Part shown: positions 13,641 to 26,816 of the stretch, in pieces
How positions within the stretch are numbered: the first letter of the stretch is position 1
Layout: each line of letters starts with the position of its first letter
Assembly (NCBI RefSeq): GCF_963921235.1
Contig: NC_086097.1
Span: forward strand, 91,328,001-91,392,000
Reading direction: 5' to 3'
DNA length: 64,000 nucleotides
Source: Mobula hypostoma
Taxonomy: Eukaryota
Notes under the pieces: generated by a model
What the model saw: only the letters and a program-made list of their open reading frames with translations
The model's database searches: none
What the model was told of the DNA's origin: nothing
Made by a program: the position numbers and the translations under genes

Positions 13641-14700
13641 TTATTACTGGTTTGTTATTGTCATATGTACACTAAAAAGCTTTTGCATGAAACCTAGACA
13701 GATCATGCTGTACACATGAGGTAGTGAAAACAGAATGAAGAATATAGTGTTGTCATTACAGAGGAAGTTCAGTGCAGGTAGACAAACAAAATGCAAGGGC
13801 CATGATGCAGTGGTTTGAAAGATCTAGAGTTCATCTTTCAGCATCTGAGAGGTCCATTGAAGAGTCCATTGACAGTGGAATATAAGCTGTACTTGAGCCT
13901 GTTGGTAAGTGCTCTCAAGCATCCATACCTTCTGCCGAAAAATAAGGGGAGTAGAGAGGATGGCTGGTTTGAGAGGAGTCCTTGATTATGTTGCCTACTT
14001 TCCTGAGATAACAGGAAGTGTGGACGAATTCAATGGAAGGGAGGCAGGGTTCTGAGATAGACGGGCTGTGTTCACAGCTCTCTGCCATTTCTTGCTCTTT
14101 TAGGCAGAGCATTGGCCATACCAAGCTATGAAGCATCTGGATAGCATGGTCTCTGTGGTGCATCTGTAAAATTAATGTGATAAGGGACATGCTGAATTTT
14201 TTTTATGATGATGAAGAAACATAGTCCTCTTTTATTGCCATTTAGTAATTCATGCATTAAGAAATGATACATTATTTCCTCCGGTGTGATATCACAAAAC
14301 ACAGGACAAACCAAGACTGAAAAAAATGACAAAACCACATAATTATAACATATAGTTACAAACAGTGTAACAATACCATAACTTGATGAAGAAGTCCGTG
14401 AGCACAGTAAAGTTCAAAGTTTCTCAAATGTCCCACATCTCACGCAGACGAGAGAGGCAAGAAAAACTTTCCCTGCCATGCCGACCACAATCCAACTCTG
14501 AGTCGTCCGAAAACTTTGAGCTCTGATCAGATCTCCGACACCGAGTACTGAGCGCCATCTCTGTCCGAAAGATTCGACTTCCTTCTCGGTTGCCAAAAGC
14601 AGGCAAGGCCGGGGATTTTGAGGCCTACCCTGCGAAAGATTCCCGACCACACAGTAACTTTCTTCAACTACTGAGGAAGTTGAGGTGGTGTTGTGCTTTG
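13641..14700 (-). mobile_element. Rex/Babar- or L2-group LINE 3' fragment, interrupted at 14205-14657
   Basis: Minus-strand LPSIEFVHTSCYLRKVGNIIKDSSQTSHPL resembles the C-terminus of the other Rex-type copies. Confidence 0.6.
14205..14657 (-). mobile_element. 5'-truncated second copy of the retroposon at 361-1045
   Basis: Shares agtcctcttt(t)tattg.catttag...catgcattaagaaatgataca...gatatcaca...caataccataa.ttgatgaagaa with 377-550. Confidence 0.75.
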
Positions 14701-16390
14701 TCCTTCATTAATCTAAAACCTACTGATTGGCTCACTCTAAGCATTCTTTCCCCACCAGCATTCTTCCCTGCCTTTAAAATTCATATTTTTAATACATTCA
14801 TTGGAGAGCATAGTGACAGGACTGGGATTTAGCGGCCATTCCTGAATGCTCCCGAGAAGTTGGTGCAGTGCCTTCTTGAACCTCCTTGCAGGAGGTTGAC
14901 CTGGCAATGTTGAAAGGACAGGAACATACAATCATGTCAGGAAGGTGTGTGACTTGGACCTGACATCAGAGATGGTTTTGTTCACTCACTTTGTACTTTA
15001 AGGTACCAGAAATTGTGGGTATAGGTGGTGCTGATGAGAAGCCTTGGCAAATTGCTGCAGTGCATCTTGTAGATATCACTCACTGCAGCCATAAAACATC
15101 ATGAGAGAGGTTAGCGAATATTTTCAGTGCTCGTTGACATACCAATTAAGCATCCTGATAATCTGTTTTGCAGATGGGTTGCTTCAACTTTGGAGGAACC
15201 GGGAGATTAAATGCTTACGAGACCAACTGGAAGTGACTGACAGCCAAAGGTTCTAAGTAGGACAGTCAGCTGTTGGCCACTGGATACTCAACTCGCCTTG
15301 GACCTCTACAAAATCTGAGGTGATCCTGAGGTCACTAGACTCTCCGTTGGATCTAATGGTGGAGCATCAACTTCATGCAAGGGATGGCCTTGTGGAGAAA
15401 GGTAAGTGCAGGTAAATATTTTAGTTATTTTAATCCAGTTTAATTATTCCAATAATTTGTTGCTATTTTAATTGAGCTTTTAATTTTTATTCTAATTTAT
15501 TTAAATTGATTTTTATTCTCTTAATTCTTTAAGCCAGCTTGAATAGTTTTAAAATGTCCCTAACCATCTCTTCAAAACTATTGATGTATTTTGCAGTCCA
15601 CAGCCGCCAAAGGCCATTGGAGGCAGGACAGTAGGGTTTAATTCCTGCATGTTACTCACTGTTCTTAGTCCACTCCACCTCATCATATCCCCTTCAGGTC
15701 CACTTGACACTCAATATCAGGGAAAATTGTGACTGAACAAGTAAGTAGCAGAAGTGATGAGAATATCCACCCTGCAGCAAAACAGTCACTAAAACGGAAT
15801 TCTTAATTTAATTTGTCTTCACTGCACTCTTCAGTGAACTACTATTAATAATTCCTAAAGTTACAGGGTAATGATCCCTAAATTCCCTATTGCGCATTGC
15901 TGCTTGGAAATAAAATGATTTTAACGTTTAGCTTAGAATGAACCATGCACTCCTCAATGAAATGATCCTTGCATTCACCCAATAAGAATTCGTTCATTTA
16001 CCACGGATGATTCTAAAAATCATTCCAGATAATCTAAGTTTGCCAAGTGTTCCTACCTTTGCTACTGACAGGTTCCTACTTTTACTGTGAAATGATTCCT
16101 ACATCTTTTTTTCCCCATATTTGTCACTGGGGAGGTAGTACAGGTATTTATTATCCCTCTGTAGTTGCCCTAGAGAAGCTACTTGTTTCTTGAACATCTG
16201 CACATTCAGAGTACAGGATCTTTGGCCCACCAATCCTACACTGATCCCATCTTATTCTCCACCACGTTCCCATCCACTTCCCTGCATACTAGAGACAATT
16301 TACAGTGACCAATTAACGTACCTTTCAGCACATGTTTCAAATTTGGACGGGAACGAACACCCAGGGAACCCGTCTGATCAGAGGGAGTGC

Positions 16391-16903
16391 ATACAATTTC
16401 CACGGAGCATGGAGCTCAGGATGAAATCTGGGTCATTGGAGCAAAGGCAGATGAGCTCAGGGCATGGAGTAATACCTGGTATTATGATATTGTTGCCATT
16501 AGTGAGACTTGTTTGCAAGAGGGGCAGGACTGGCCGCGCAATATTCTGGTGTTCTGTTGTTTTAGATGCACCAGTTAACCTCTTCTCCCGTGTGCCTGCT
16601 TTTATCTTTCGATATGTAGTTGTACAGACACAACAGGGTGTAAAGTGTAAAGTTAAGGGACATATGATGGGAAACTTGTTCACTCAGAGGATCATGAGAG
16701 TGTGCAACAAGTTGCCAGTGCAAGTGGTGCACGCAAGCTGGATTTCAACATTTAATAGAAGTTTTGATAGGTATATAGATGACAGGGGTATCGAGAGCTA
16801 TGGTCCCAGTGCAGATCAATGGAAGCATGCAGTTTAAATAGCTTGGCATGGACTAGATGGGCCAAAGGGCCTATTTCTCTACTGTACTTTTCTATGACTC
16901 TAT
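16391..16903 (+). mobile_element. CR1 fragments (APE piece plus 3' end)
   Basis: KADELRAW..WYYDIVAISET.LQEGQDW; 3' end ggactagatgggccaaagggcc..tctatgactctat matches 45434-45495. Confidence 0.75.
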
Positions 16904-17374
16904 GGAGTTCGGCTACAGTGTCATCTCTTTTGGCAAAGGGAGCTACTGCGAATGAGAATCTCAGGACTTTGACTCAGCGATGATGAAGTGTCAGCAATAT
17001 ATTTCAAAGCCAGAGAACGTTCTGTGAGCTGCCTTCATGAAGAACTGTGCAGAGATATAGAGCTTGGAAACAAGCCTTTTAGCCCACCAGGCTCGTTTGA
17101 GTTCTGTGGGTAGGGAGTTGATGTAGAAGAATTCTTGGCGCAATAGTACCATGCGGCTTATCGCTGATAGATGCTGCAGCCATAGTCCACTGATGGTAGA
17201 CAGTACGTACAATTACTGGTAGAAAGGTGCCAGGTTTTGCTATTTTTAAAGATGAATATTATTTAAATATCTTGAATGTTGTTAAAGCTGTGCATATCCA
17301 GGCCATTAAATAGCATTTCAAATCATTATTTACCTTTCTTTTATAAATTCAGAAGCTTCTATTCTATAAATAGG

Positions 17375-17715
17375 GGCAGATATCTAGCTCTCATCCCTGT
17401 GTAATACTTACTGACCCATCAGAGGCACTGTCTTTTAAATGGAACTTTAAACAAAGAATTGCTCTACTCCCTCAAGTGAATCTAGAAAATCCCCAGGCAT
17501 AATTTTGAGGAAGACCACAGTATTCTAACCTATTCCACTATCAATATAATCACTATCTGCTTATTGTCTCTTTACACTTCGTGGCAACTTGCAACGTGAA
17601 AATTTCCTGCCACGCTTCCTAAATTACATCCACGAATCCACCTCACAAAGTACTTTTGCTTCAAAGCTTTTTTGAGTTATCACTATATATAAAAGGGCTC
17701 TCTGTACAAATCATC
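17375..17715 (+). mobile_element. Old DeuSINE (SacSINE1/AmnSINE1-like)
   Basis: Resembles the Deu domain as I recall it (cagaggcactgtctttt..taaacaaag...gaaaatccccaggca..ttttgaggaagac...cttcctaaattaca...aaagtact). Recognised from memory, not aligned. Confidence 0.55.
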
Positions 17716-20700
17716 AGTTATTGTGGTGTGTATGGGAGTCGGGTGGTGGATACAGAATAAACAATGCGATTAACAAGGAAGCATCACCTGATAGCATGCT
17801 GATGACAGCTTTCATCACTTCATTGACCATAGAGCATGGGGCACGTTGTTAACTGGATCTATCACATGCATTTTTCTTGTGCTTTGTAATCTGGGCAAAC
17901 TTCCACTTTGCCAGGATTGTGCCTGCACTGATATAGTTAGAGGTGTGCTAGTTTTTACTTCACCAGGATGTTGTCAAAGACTGTTAACTCTTTGCAGAGC
18001 CATTTGTTGATATGATATCTTTAAGGTTTGATGTTGACCTTGGCTGATTAATATTAGGTATTTCATTGCATTAAGCTTTTATGAATAAAAAAATGTTAAA
18101 ATGGGTAAAAATAGGGATGCTGTTAAAATTTATTGCTCCTTATGGAAGTGCACTAAATAACTAAGTCTCACTGTCAGGGTTCTTATAAAAGAGACTACCC
18201 AACCATCAGGACTCTGATAAAAGGAGACTCATCATCAGAGTACACCTTAGGTAGACCATTCATCCCTCTATTCCTCCATCTCTCACTTTTTTCTTTCATC
18301 TATTTTAACTTCTCGATATTCCTTCTTCTGCTTCAGTGTTACTCAATTCCTCCCACTTTGCCTCCCCCCTCCATTATTTTTCTCTTTATGCTTTTCTTCC
18401 TTTTTCTCCATCTGTTTCTATGTCTACATCTTGTTCCTTCCCCCTGTCTTCCTATTGAATGTTTTTTCCATGCCCACATGGGTTTTCCCCCATTTTCCAA
18501 AGACGTACAGTTAGGGTTAGTGAATTGTGGACATGCTATCTTTTCACTGGGAGTGTGGCAACACTTGTGTTCTGTCCAGTACAATCTTCACTGGTTGATT
18601 GACACAACACATTTCACTGGATGTTTCGATGTACCTGTGACAGATAAAACTAATCTAATCTGAACCATTAGCTGCAGCTGGACTCTATCTTCAGCGAGAG
18701 GTCTTGGACGACACTGAACCTGAATACAAAGCCAACTGTCAGCAAGACATGCGAGACTGCAATAATCCCATTAAAATGTTCACAATCAGTTGGATGGACT
18801 TTGTTAATGAAGAATCACCATAAGGACGGCATTGCTTTACGAAGAGGGTTCACCATGTGAAGGACCGTGAGATCTTGCCTTTGTAACTGAAGATCACATC
18901 CTAAACATTGAACTAAAAAATCTAGAGCTACGCTCTGCTGTATGACATCACCAGATTTGGAGAAGGAAATGCCAGCAGTCACATTCCTTTCTCTCAGCTA
19001 TTCCTCATTGCTCAGATGTTTAGTTAATGTCAGTCAATCTGCATTTTGTAGTAATTTTTCATGTCAGGCCACCACATTCAATCCATTCCTTGGTAAACAC
19101 ATTCAACAGTACCAGTTGCTGCTGTCACCTGCAGTGAACATTATGTAACTTAACTTGGTGAATAGTCTTCACATGGGAAAAGTTTGAGATGTTTTCATGA
19201 GCACTGATATACAAGAACAGACACTTTGTGTTCAAGGCAGACATCATTTATGCAACAGAAATTAAAAATGGCCAAAGAAAATGTAGAATATTCCTCTATT
19301 TAATTAAAGGCCATATTCCTGTAAATATTTTTTGTTAAGCTAAATTTCATAAGTTGTAAATACTGGGAGAGATGCATTGTGTATTCTGAAGGATGGAGAG
19401 GGGCATACCATTCATTATAGCAATAAATAAACTCACATTTCAAGGACAAGTAATAAAGCATCAGCAGTTTTCGAGCAAACATTCGGAAATCAAGGAAGTT
19501 CTGCACAGTAATGAAAATTAAGCATTAGTTATGGGTGATCTACTGCAAAAACTAGGACTGTGTCACCCAAGAGCAAGTGTCACCACCAAAAATAAACAGA
19601 TAAGTTGAAGCATTATATATTACACAAAGCTCCCAGATGTACTTAAAATTTTGAAAACATACTTATTTTTATCGTTGCTCACTGCCACATCAAGCCAAAC
19701 ATATTGGATACGTTAGGATCTGGAGGTCCAGGGAGCATTCAGCTGCTCAGGCGGACCGTGGCTTAATGTCATTACACAACTGCCTCCTTTTGTCCAAAGT
19801 TCCAAATAGCTACTTCTGTGAGATCAATTATAGATAAAATGCTTGGGGCTGTTACAGTAATAGGCAGCCACTTGCCAATCTTTGTTTGCTCATCTTTAAT
19901 CAGAATCTAACCCATACTGTATGTAAAAGGAAACATTTCAGAACACATTGAAGAGGGATCTGTTCGTAAATCATAGAATAACAGTTTGCAGAGCTGTTAC
20001 ATTCCTGACGTTGTTCCCTTGAGTGTAGTGCTGACCATGTGCAGAAGAGTGCAAGGCAATAAGCTAGCTTTGATTATACTGAGCAGCAATGTAATCACTA
20101 ATGTGGATCTAAATTTGTCAACCCTTCCTCTATCCTGGAATCTTTTAGGTAGAGGAGGCTTCACACTGTATACAAACCATTCTTTAGTTCCCCTCAGAAT
20201 CTCTGACAGTACAGGCAGCATTAATATGCATTTGACCCTATTCTGGGAGTGCTTATTCAGTAGCTACTGTGCATCTATCAGGCATGGTATTATTTTTCCA
20301 TACTGACACTGATTGACAATGATAAAAATCTCAATCTCTCTGAGTACAAATAATTTTCAAATCAGAACTCCATAATACACTCTTTCCTAGGCAGAAAATA
20401 AAACATTCATTGAGCAGGCATTCAACTATATACACTCACAAGGAATAATCAGGCTGAAGAAACTGCTCAGCCAGTGAACCAAGGAAATGACTCCATCAAT
20501 AGCATTTCCAAATCAATAATACTGCTAAAGATGGATTTGGATCCTTAAGGTTTCAAAGAGCTTGGCAAGGGCTCCTCTAGCTTAGTTAATGTATGATTAC
20601 AAACTTTATCAAACTTTCAAAAAATAATCACTGAGAATAGTGGATCAGCCTGTGCTCTAAGCACTGTGTGTGAAACAGTCTGTCTCCAGTCAGTTGTCTA

Positions 20701-20899
20701 ACTGATGCATTGCTAGATGCCGCTAATGGATGTCTAAAGTATATATTCTAATTGATATGGAGCATTGATATTCTGTGAAACAGCATCAATAAATCCTGGC
20801 AATGTTATCATTACACCAATCGCTCCCCCAGGATACCTTCAATGCTCAAGCCTGCTTTGGTAGCCGATTTATTAATCCAGCATATCGGGTGGTTATGAA

Positions 20900-21110
20900 T
20901 CGTGCAGATAAAGAATCGATCTCTGCTTTGTGCTGGTGCAGACTCACTTCAGTTGGGCTTAACATGAAGGATTGAAAATCCGGTTAAATTCTTTCTGGGA
21001 AAAGGAGTTTAAGCTATTCTCCCTCTTTTACTGTCCAACGGCTCCTAATGGAAAGTGTGGACATGATTGGAATTTGGGAGTAAAGTAAGGAATACAAGTG
21101 ATTTAACAGA
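20900..21110 (+). mobile_element. Old LF-SINE-like fragment
   Basis: atctctgctttgtgctg..ttcagttggg and actgtccaacggctcctaatggaaagtgtg resemble the LF-SINE body; highly diverged. Confidence 0.4.
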
Positions 21111-21687
21111 TCAAATCAATATTAGAGATAATCCCCTATTATAACAGAACGCAGAACACTGAAATAACTTAGCAGGTAAAAAAGCATCTGGTGCAGGGCC
21201 TTGGCCTAAAAAGTTGACATACCTCTTGTGTCCATAGCTGCTAATTGATCCACTGAGACACCCAGCATTCTGCTTTGTCATCCAGATTCCATTTCTGCAA
21301 TCACTCTTTTGTCTCTTCTGTAAGTCCTGTCTTGGATGGACAAGGAAAAGTGAAATTGGACCAAGAGAATGATGATGTGGGCCAAATCAAAGTGAGGCTA
21401 ATCACCTCTAGTAATGAAAATAACAAGCACAAGACCAGCAACTGCCCTGCTGTCGACCGACTGACACATCAACATGGTGCAGGAATTGACCTCAGATGCA
21501 GTTCAAGGACAAAATGAAGATGTCGAGTTATTGTGTTACAGTCACAGAAGTGCTTTTGAAGTCCTGTTACGTTAGCAATGTACGAAATGCAGTATTCAGT
21601 TTCTACATAACGGGATTCCACAATCAGTGATGAAGCAAGTTACCACAGAAAAATGGATAAAATATACTTCCAGTTACTAATGCTGCA

Positions 21688-23010
21688 TCAACTCAAAGAC
21701 CAATTTATTGAGGACCTCCTGTACCTTATTAAACGGCCACTGAGTGTAGGTTCGTGGTCTTCTGCTGCTGTAGTCTATTCACTTCAAGATTTGATGTGTT
21801 GTACGTCCAAAGATGCTTTTCTGCACACCATGGTTGTAACGCAATGTTATTTGAGTTTCTGTCACCTTCCCGTCAGCTTGAACCAGTCTGGCCATTCTCC
21901 TCTCATCAGCAAGGCACTTTCACCCACAGAACTGCAGCTCACTGGATTTTTTTTGGTTTTTTTCCACCATTCTCTGTAAACTCTAGAATCTGTGGTGCGT
22001 GAAAATCCCAGGAGATCAGCAGCTTCTGAGATACTCAAACTACCCTGTCTGGCACCACCAATCATTCCACGGTCAACATCACTTAGATCACATTTCTTCC
22101 CCATTCTGATGTTTGTTCTGAATAACAACTGAACCTCTTCATCATGTCTACATGCTTTTAAGGAAATAATTGTAGTCTTCAGAAAAGTGCAGAAAAGCCA
22201 TCCTCCTCTGTGAATACATAACTTCTCTGCAGAGAGAGTGAAGTGCACCAAGTTCGTGGGAGTTCACATCACAGATGACCTCATCTGGTCCCTTAATATC
22301 ACCTCCCTGAACAAGAAGGCACATCAGTGCCTCCACTTCCTAAGAAGATTATGGCAAGCAAAACTCCTTCCCCACCCCACCCTCATCTTAACTGTGTTTT
22401 ACAGGAGCACCATTGAGAGTGTCCTGACAAGTTGCATCTCCATCTGGAAGGGGAACAGTCGAGCATCAGACCTGAAGTCCTTACAAAGGACAGTGAGAAC
22501 AGCTGAGAGGATCATCCGGACCTCCCTACTGTCCATCAGGGACATTTATCAGGAGCGCTGTGTTCGCAGGGTCCTTAGTATTAATAAGGATCCCACCCAT
22601 CCATCCAGCATCCTTTTTGACTTTTTACCATCAGGCAAGACAAGAACGGTTTCTTCCCCCAGGCTTCTGAACTCCCGTCATATCGCATTCAAAGTGCCAC
22701 TGGTTACTCTGTTCCTCACCTTACAATATTTAATATTCATGCACTTTAGTTTGCTATTTATGTGTGTTTCATCTTTAGATTTTAGCCGAACCTTCATAAG
22801 TTATCGTGTGTTATGTGTACTACTGTACTTTACACCCTGGTTCGAAGAAACGTTGTGTCATTTCTATATACATTATATGGTTATATATGTTATATACATG
22901 TATATAGTTAAATGACAATAAACTTGACTTGACGTTTATGCATTGAATTGCTGCCATGTGATTGACTGACTAAATGTACAAGTGTGCCTAATAAAGTGAC
23001 CACCCTGTGC
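21688..23010 (-). mobile_element. Non-autonomous Tc1/mariner element with transposase N-terminus, split by a LINE at 22161-22933
   Basis: Minus-strand MGKKCDLSDVDRGMIGGARQGSLSISEAADLLGFSRTTDSRVYREW (Tc1 paired-like HTH, ATG at 22104); decayed TIR-like ends (cctaataaagtgaccac). Confidence 0.8.
22161..22933 (+). mobile_element. 5'-truncated Rex1/Babar-type LINE
   Basis: KFVGVHITDDLIWS..KKAHQCLHFLRRL..FYRSTIESVLTSCISIW; ends aataaacttgacttgac. Confidence 0.8.
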
Positions 23011-23538
23011 ACTGACTTCGTATGTTTAGGTAAATCCAATCAGCAACTAACAATGCATAGATTTAATATCTCAGCTGGAAGATAGGACCACAACCACCTC
23101 TTCAGTACTGCATTGGACCTTCAGTCTAAGTTCTGTGCTCAACTTTCGCAGTAAGATATAACTCCAACCTGCAAGCCTGAGTCAGTTAGGGTACCAGAGG
23201 ACCGTAAGACAATAAGCTACAGGAGCAGAATTAGGCCAATTGGCCCATAAAGTCAGCTCCACCATTGCATCATGGCTGATCCATTTGCCTCTCAGCCCCA
23301 ATCTCCTGCCTTCTCCCCGTAACCCTTCATGCCCTGACTAATCAAGAATCTGTCAACTTCTGCCTTAGATATACTTGATGACATGAGTATGAGAGACATC
23401 AGTGTTCTGAGAGATTATGTATTGGCTACTTGTTCAATGTACTGTGTATATATTTGGTTGGAAAATGAATGTAAAGGAAAACACATTCAGGTAATGTTCT
23501 GTTTCTATATGTTGGCATAACTTATAATTAATAAAGTA

Positions 23539-23605
23539 TAGTACTGTGGAAAAGTCTTAGGCATGTATATGTAGCAAGGAAACCCAAGACTTTTGCACAG
23601 TACTG
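23539..23605. mobile_element. 67-bp Tc1/mariner-type MITE
   Basis: TIRs tagtactgtggaaaagtcttagg / cccaagacttttgcacagtactg, flanked by TA on both sides; decayed relative at ~52665-52735. Confidence 0.75.
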
Positions 23606-23609
23606 TATT

Positions 23610-23915
23610 TGCCAGGTGGGGTAGAGGACGAATGCCAGGGGCAGGGGTTGGTGTGGGTTCCAGCACACCCAGCCCTGAGAAACCAGGCGAGGCCATTTGA
23701 TTCCAAACAATTGGTTTATTGTTCATTACCGAATGTCTCTTCGGTGCTTCCCGCTTCCTCCCCCCTCCCTTCCCCTTTTCCTAACCATGATTCCCCTCTC
23801 TCTTCCCCTTTCCCATCCTCAATCCACAACAGAAACCCATATCTGAATCAGATTTTGTCATCACTCACATAGGTCATGAAATTTGTTTTTATTTTGTGGC
23901 AGCTGTACAAAGCAA
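23610..23915 (-). repeat. Interspersed repeat, second copy at ~52395-52660
   Basis: Both copies share gattccaaacaattggtttattg.tcattac.gaatgtctct...ccatgattcccctctc. Confidence 0.7.
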
Positions 23916-24238
23916 CACAAATTGATCTCTTAAACTTGTACCATTAACTGAAGACAAAAAAAAGTGAAATCACTAGGATTTGAGTCTAGAGGGACAGAAA
24001 TGAAAAGCTATATTGCAATTGTTGTGAACACTAATTAGAGCACACTTGTGAATAATCTATTCAATGCAGGTCACCACACTAAGATAAATATACAGGTGTT
24101 GGAAAGGATGCTGAAAAAATTTACAGGGATGATACCAGTGTCAGCATCAGAACCTGAATTAGGTTTATTATCACGAACATATATTATGATATTCATTGTT
24201 TTGTGCAGCAGTACCATGCAATTACACTAAATTACAAT

Positions 24239-24272
<34 letters not shown>

Positions 24273-24317
24273 AAGACAGACAGATAGATAGATAGACAGA
24301 CAGATAGATAGACAGAT
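24239..24317 (+). repeat. (GATA)n/(GACA)n microsatellite
   Basis: Seen directly. Confidence 0.98.
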
Positions 24318-24419
24318 GAATATCAAGGTATACATCTCAAGAAAGGATGAACAAATTGAGGTCATTCTCTATGTTATGTTTTAGTTGGTGCATCTTATGA
24401 ATAAAGCATACTTTTGAAG

Positions 24420-24960
24420 ATGTTGGTGGTGATGGCATCTGTTAGTCTCGCGAGACCATGGATCTGCAACTGGAAAGTTCCAAGGTGCAGGCCTGGACAA
24501 GGTTGTTTGGAAGACCGGCTGTTGCCCATGCAGCAAGTCTCCCCTCTCCACGACACCGATGTTGTCCAAGAGAAGGCCAAGGGCCAATACAGCTTGGCAC
24601 CAGTGTCGTTGCAGGAGTTGCCAGAACGAGGTTGAAGGCAACGTTGGACTGCCTTAGGGACTCCAGCTCCGGATTTGTCCTCAGGGTTTACTCCCGAAGC
24701 CTTTCCCATGAGTGGGTATGGCCGCAAGGCAGCGGAGGTTTGAAATCAGAGTTTTCCCTCTCTTAGATGGACTGCCTTCCCAGGATGTCGAGCTCCATCT
24801 ACCCGAAGCACTGGTTTTAAGGTGCCAGGACCCACCTTCGCCCCTTCTCCTGTCAGTGGAAACAGTTCCGCCGGGCTTAGAGGCTAAGCCACATGAAAAA
24901 GCCAGGAGTTGGACTTGGTTGTCAGAGGCTATCTGAGGCGCATGCCGTGAGGAGCACTTC
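24420..24960. mobile_element. GC-richer interspersed repeat, probably RTE-associated UTR or non-autonomous derivative
   Basis: Abrupt compositional block with no protein motif; family assigned from memory only. Confidence 0.35.
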
Positions 24961-26666
24961 TGAAGATAAAAACCAAAAAAATCGCGTATTAACTCTTGCC
25001 CTAAAACACTTGGCCTCTCTCACCTCTTCCAAAATTCTCGTTGAACCGCACAGCCCAGATACCATGTCTAATTTCTTCCTGCGGTAGCTGATGCCTCAGG
25101 CTCTCCATCTTACTGATTTCTATGACTTCATTGTTAGACTTGTCTCATGGTAATGCACTGGGAAACCCTCCTCAAAGACTACTTCCACTATGTGTGCTTG
25201 CATTCCCATATCACTCTATTCCCAATATTACAGCCAGTGGTCTCTCCATCAATGGCCTCTGCCTCAGACCCCTTCTCTCCCTGACCATGTACCATGTTCA
25301 AGAAAGCAACAGATATTCAAGCCTGTTTTTCAGTGTAGTAGTGAAGTAGTACTTTATTATCAACGGTGCCATATTTGGATTAGACAATAAACAAAGGTTT
25401 GTCTTTCCTCAAGTCCTCAAGTACTAGCAAACACCCCATAATACTTTTCAAAAACAGCAAGTTTCTACTAGGTGTTCAGTCATCCTATCACAATCTCTCA
25501 TATTGCTCATTGGTTTCCCAAATTAGAAACGGTGATGGTGACTACACCTTAAAAGTCTTTCATTGGCAGTGATGTCTCGAGGGCATAAAAAATCATACAA
25601 TCTTTCTTTCATTAATAGCATTTCTTAGTAAAAAAAAATGTGTTTAATGTACCTGAAAAAGAGACCTGAGTTTCAGCGGGTAGACATAAAGGTTTTACAA
25701 ATTTTGGAGCATATCATATCTCAATTCTATGTCCTTTTCCCTCAATAAGACATGAGAGCTCTTCAAATTATCATTATTCGGAAGTGCCCAGCTGTACTGC
25801 TTGAAATCCTCTCTAACTGTAGGGAAATCATGGAACTCATTTCTTGGCAACAATCTAAGTGCCATGAGTGGAGTGATTATTCAATTCCTTGTAGGATGCA
25901 ATGCAAGTGATGTGACACAAATCATGTGTTATCTCCTTAAATAAGATTCCAATCCCTTCGGACAAGAAATGAAGCATTCCCCAGTTTGTACAGCAGAACA
26001 TTGGAATTTTTACTGGAAAGGGAGCCAGAGGTCCATTTGACAGCCTTGTCAGTGAGTTCAGACACACCTTCATTTAATATTGGCTTTCTGCTGAGCCGCC
26101 CCAGTACAGATGTCTAAAGCTGTTCAGGGCAGCTCGGCTCGGCTGCTGCTGTAAAGCCAGTCCTTACATCAAAGGAGTCAAGTTGCAGACACGTCTTAAC
26201 AGGATAGCCGGACAGTGGAAACAAAAGAATAACAAACCTATAACAAGATTTCATAACCTCAATCCACCCCAGAGCCCTTTACAGCTCCATGATTTCTTTT
26301 TAAGTGTGGCACACATTCAGAGACACTAAATGCAGAAGGATAAAAGAAAGGCAATGTAAGAGCAAACTGTTTTGGTGAAAGGTATAAATCAGTGAGCATA
26401 TGGAGATAAGTGCACCAGTTCAGTAAGTTAATTTGTACATCAGTGTTAAACTACGTTTGTAGTTATACTTTGATATAAAAGGCACATTTGGAATGAAGAC
26501 AGCTCTGCACTTACTCTAACACTTCTTATTTGTGCATGTGTTTGTAAGTGAATGTGGTTCCTGCACATGTAAGGTACAAACTGGACAAGTTAGACAAAAC
26601 CATCAAATCACATCTCACCTTCTCCTCAGGTGAGCATTAAAGAACTCACTGCTGCGCGATAGTTCT

Positions 26667-26816
26667 AGGCCAGGCAGCATCTCTAGGAAGAGGTACAGTC
26701 GAAACAGCAACTGTACCTCTTCCTATAGATGCTGCCTGGCCTGCTGCGTTCACCAGCAATTTTTATGTGTGTTGCCTGAAATTCCAGCATCTGCATATTT
26801 CCTCGTGTTTGTGTGG
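26667..26816. mobile_element. Fold-back Penelope pLTR mini-insertion
   Basis: aggccaggcagcatctctaggaagaggtacagt / actgtacctcttcctatagatgctgcctggcct inverted arms; degenerate TSD gcgatagttct / gcaattgttct. Confidence 0.75.

Noticed and set aside
15174..15401. Plus-strand exon-like segment (ttttgcag ... gtaagt)
   Set aside because: Stops in all three frames, and it appears to lie in an old repeat.
16190..16837. 215-aa ORF
   Set aside because: Chance read-through of SINE and CR1 fragments.
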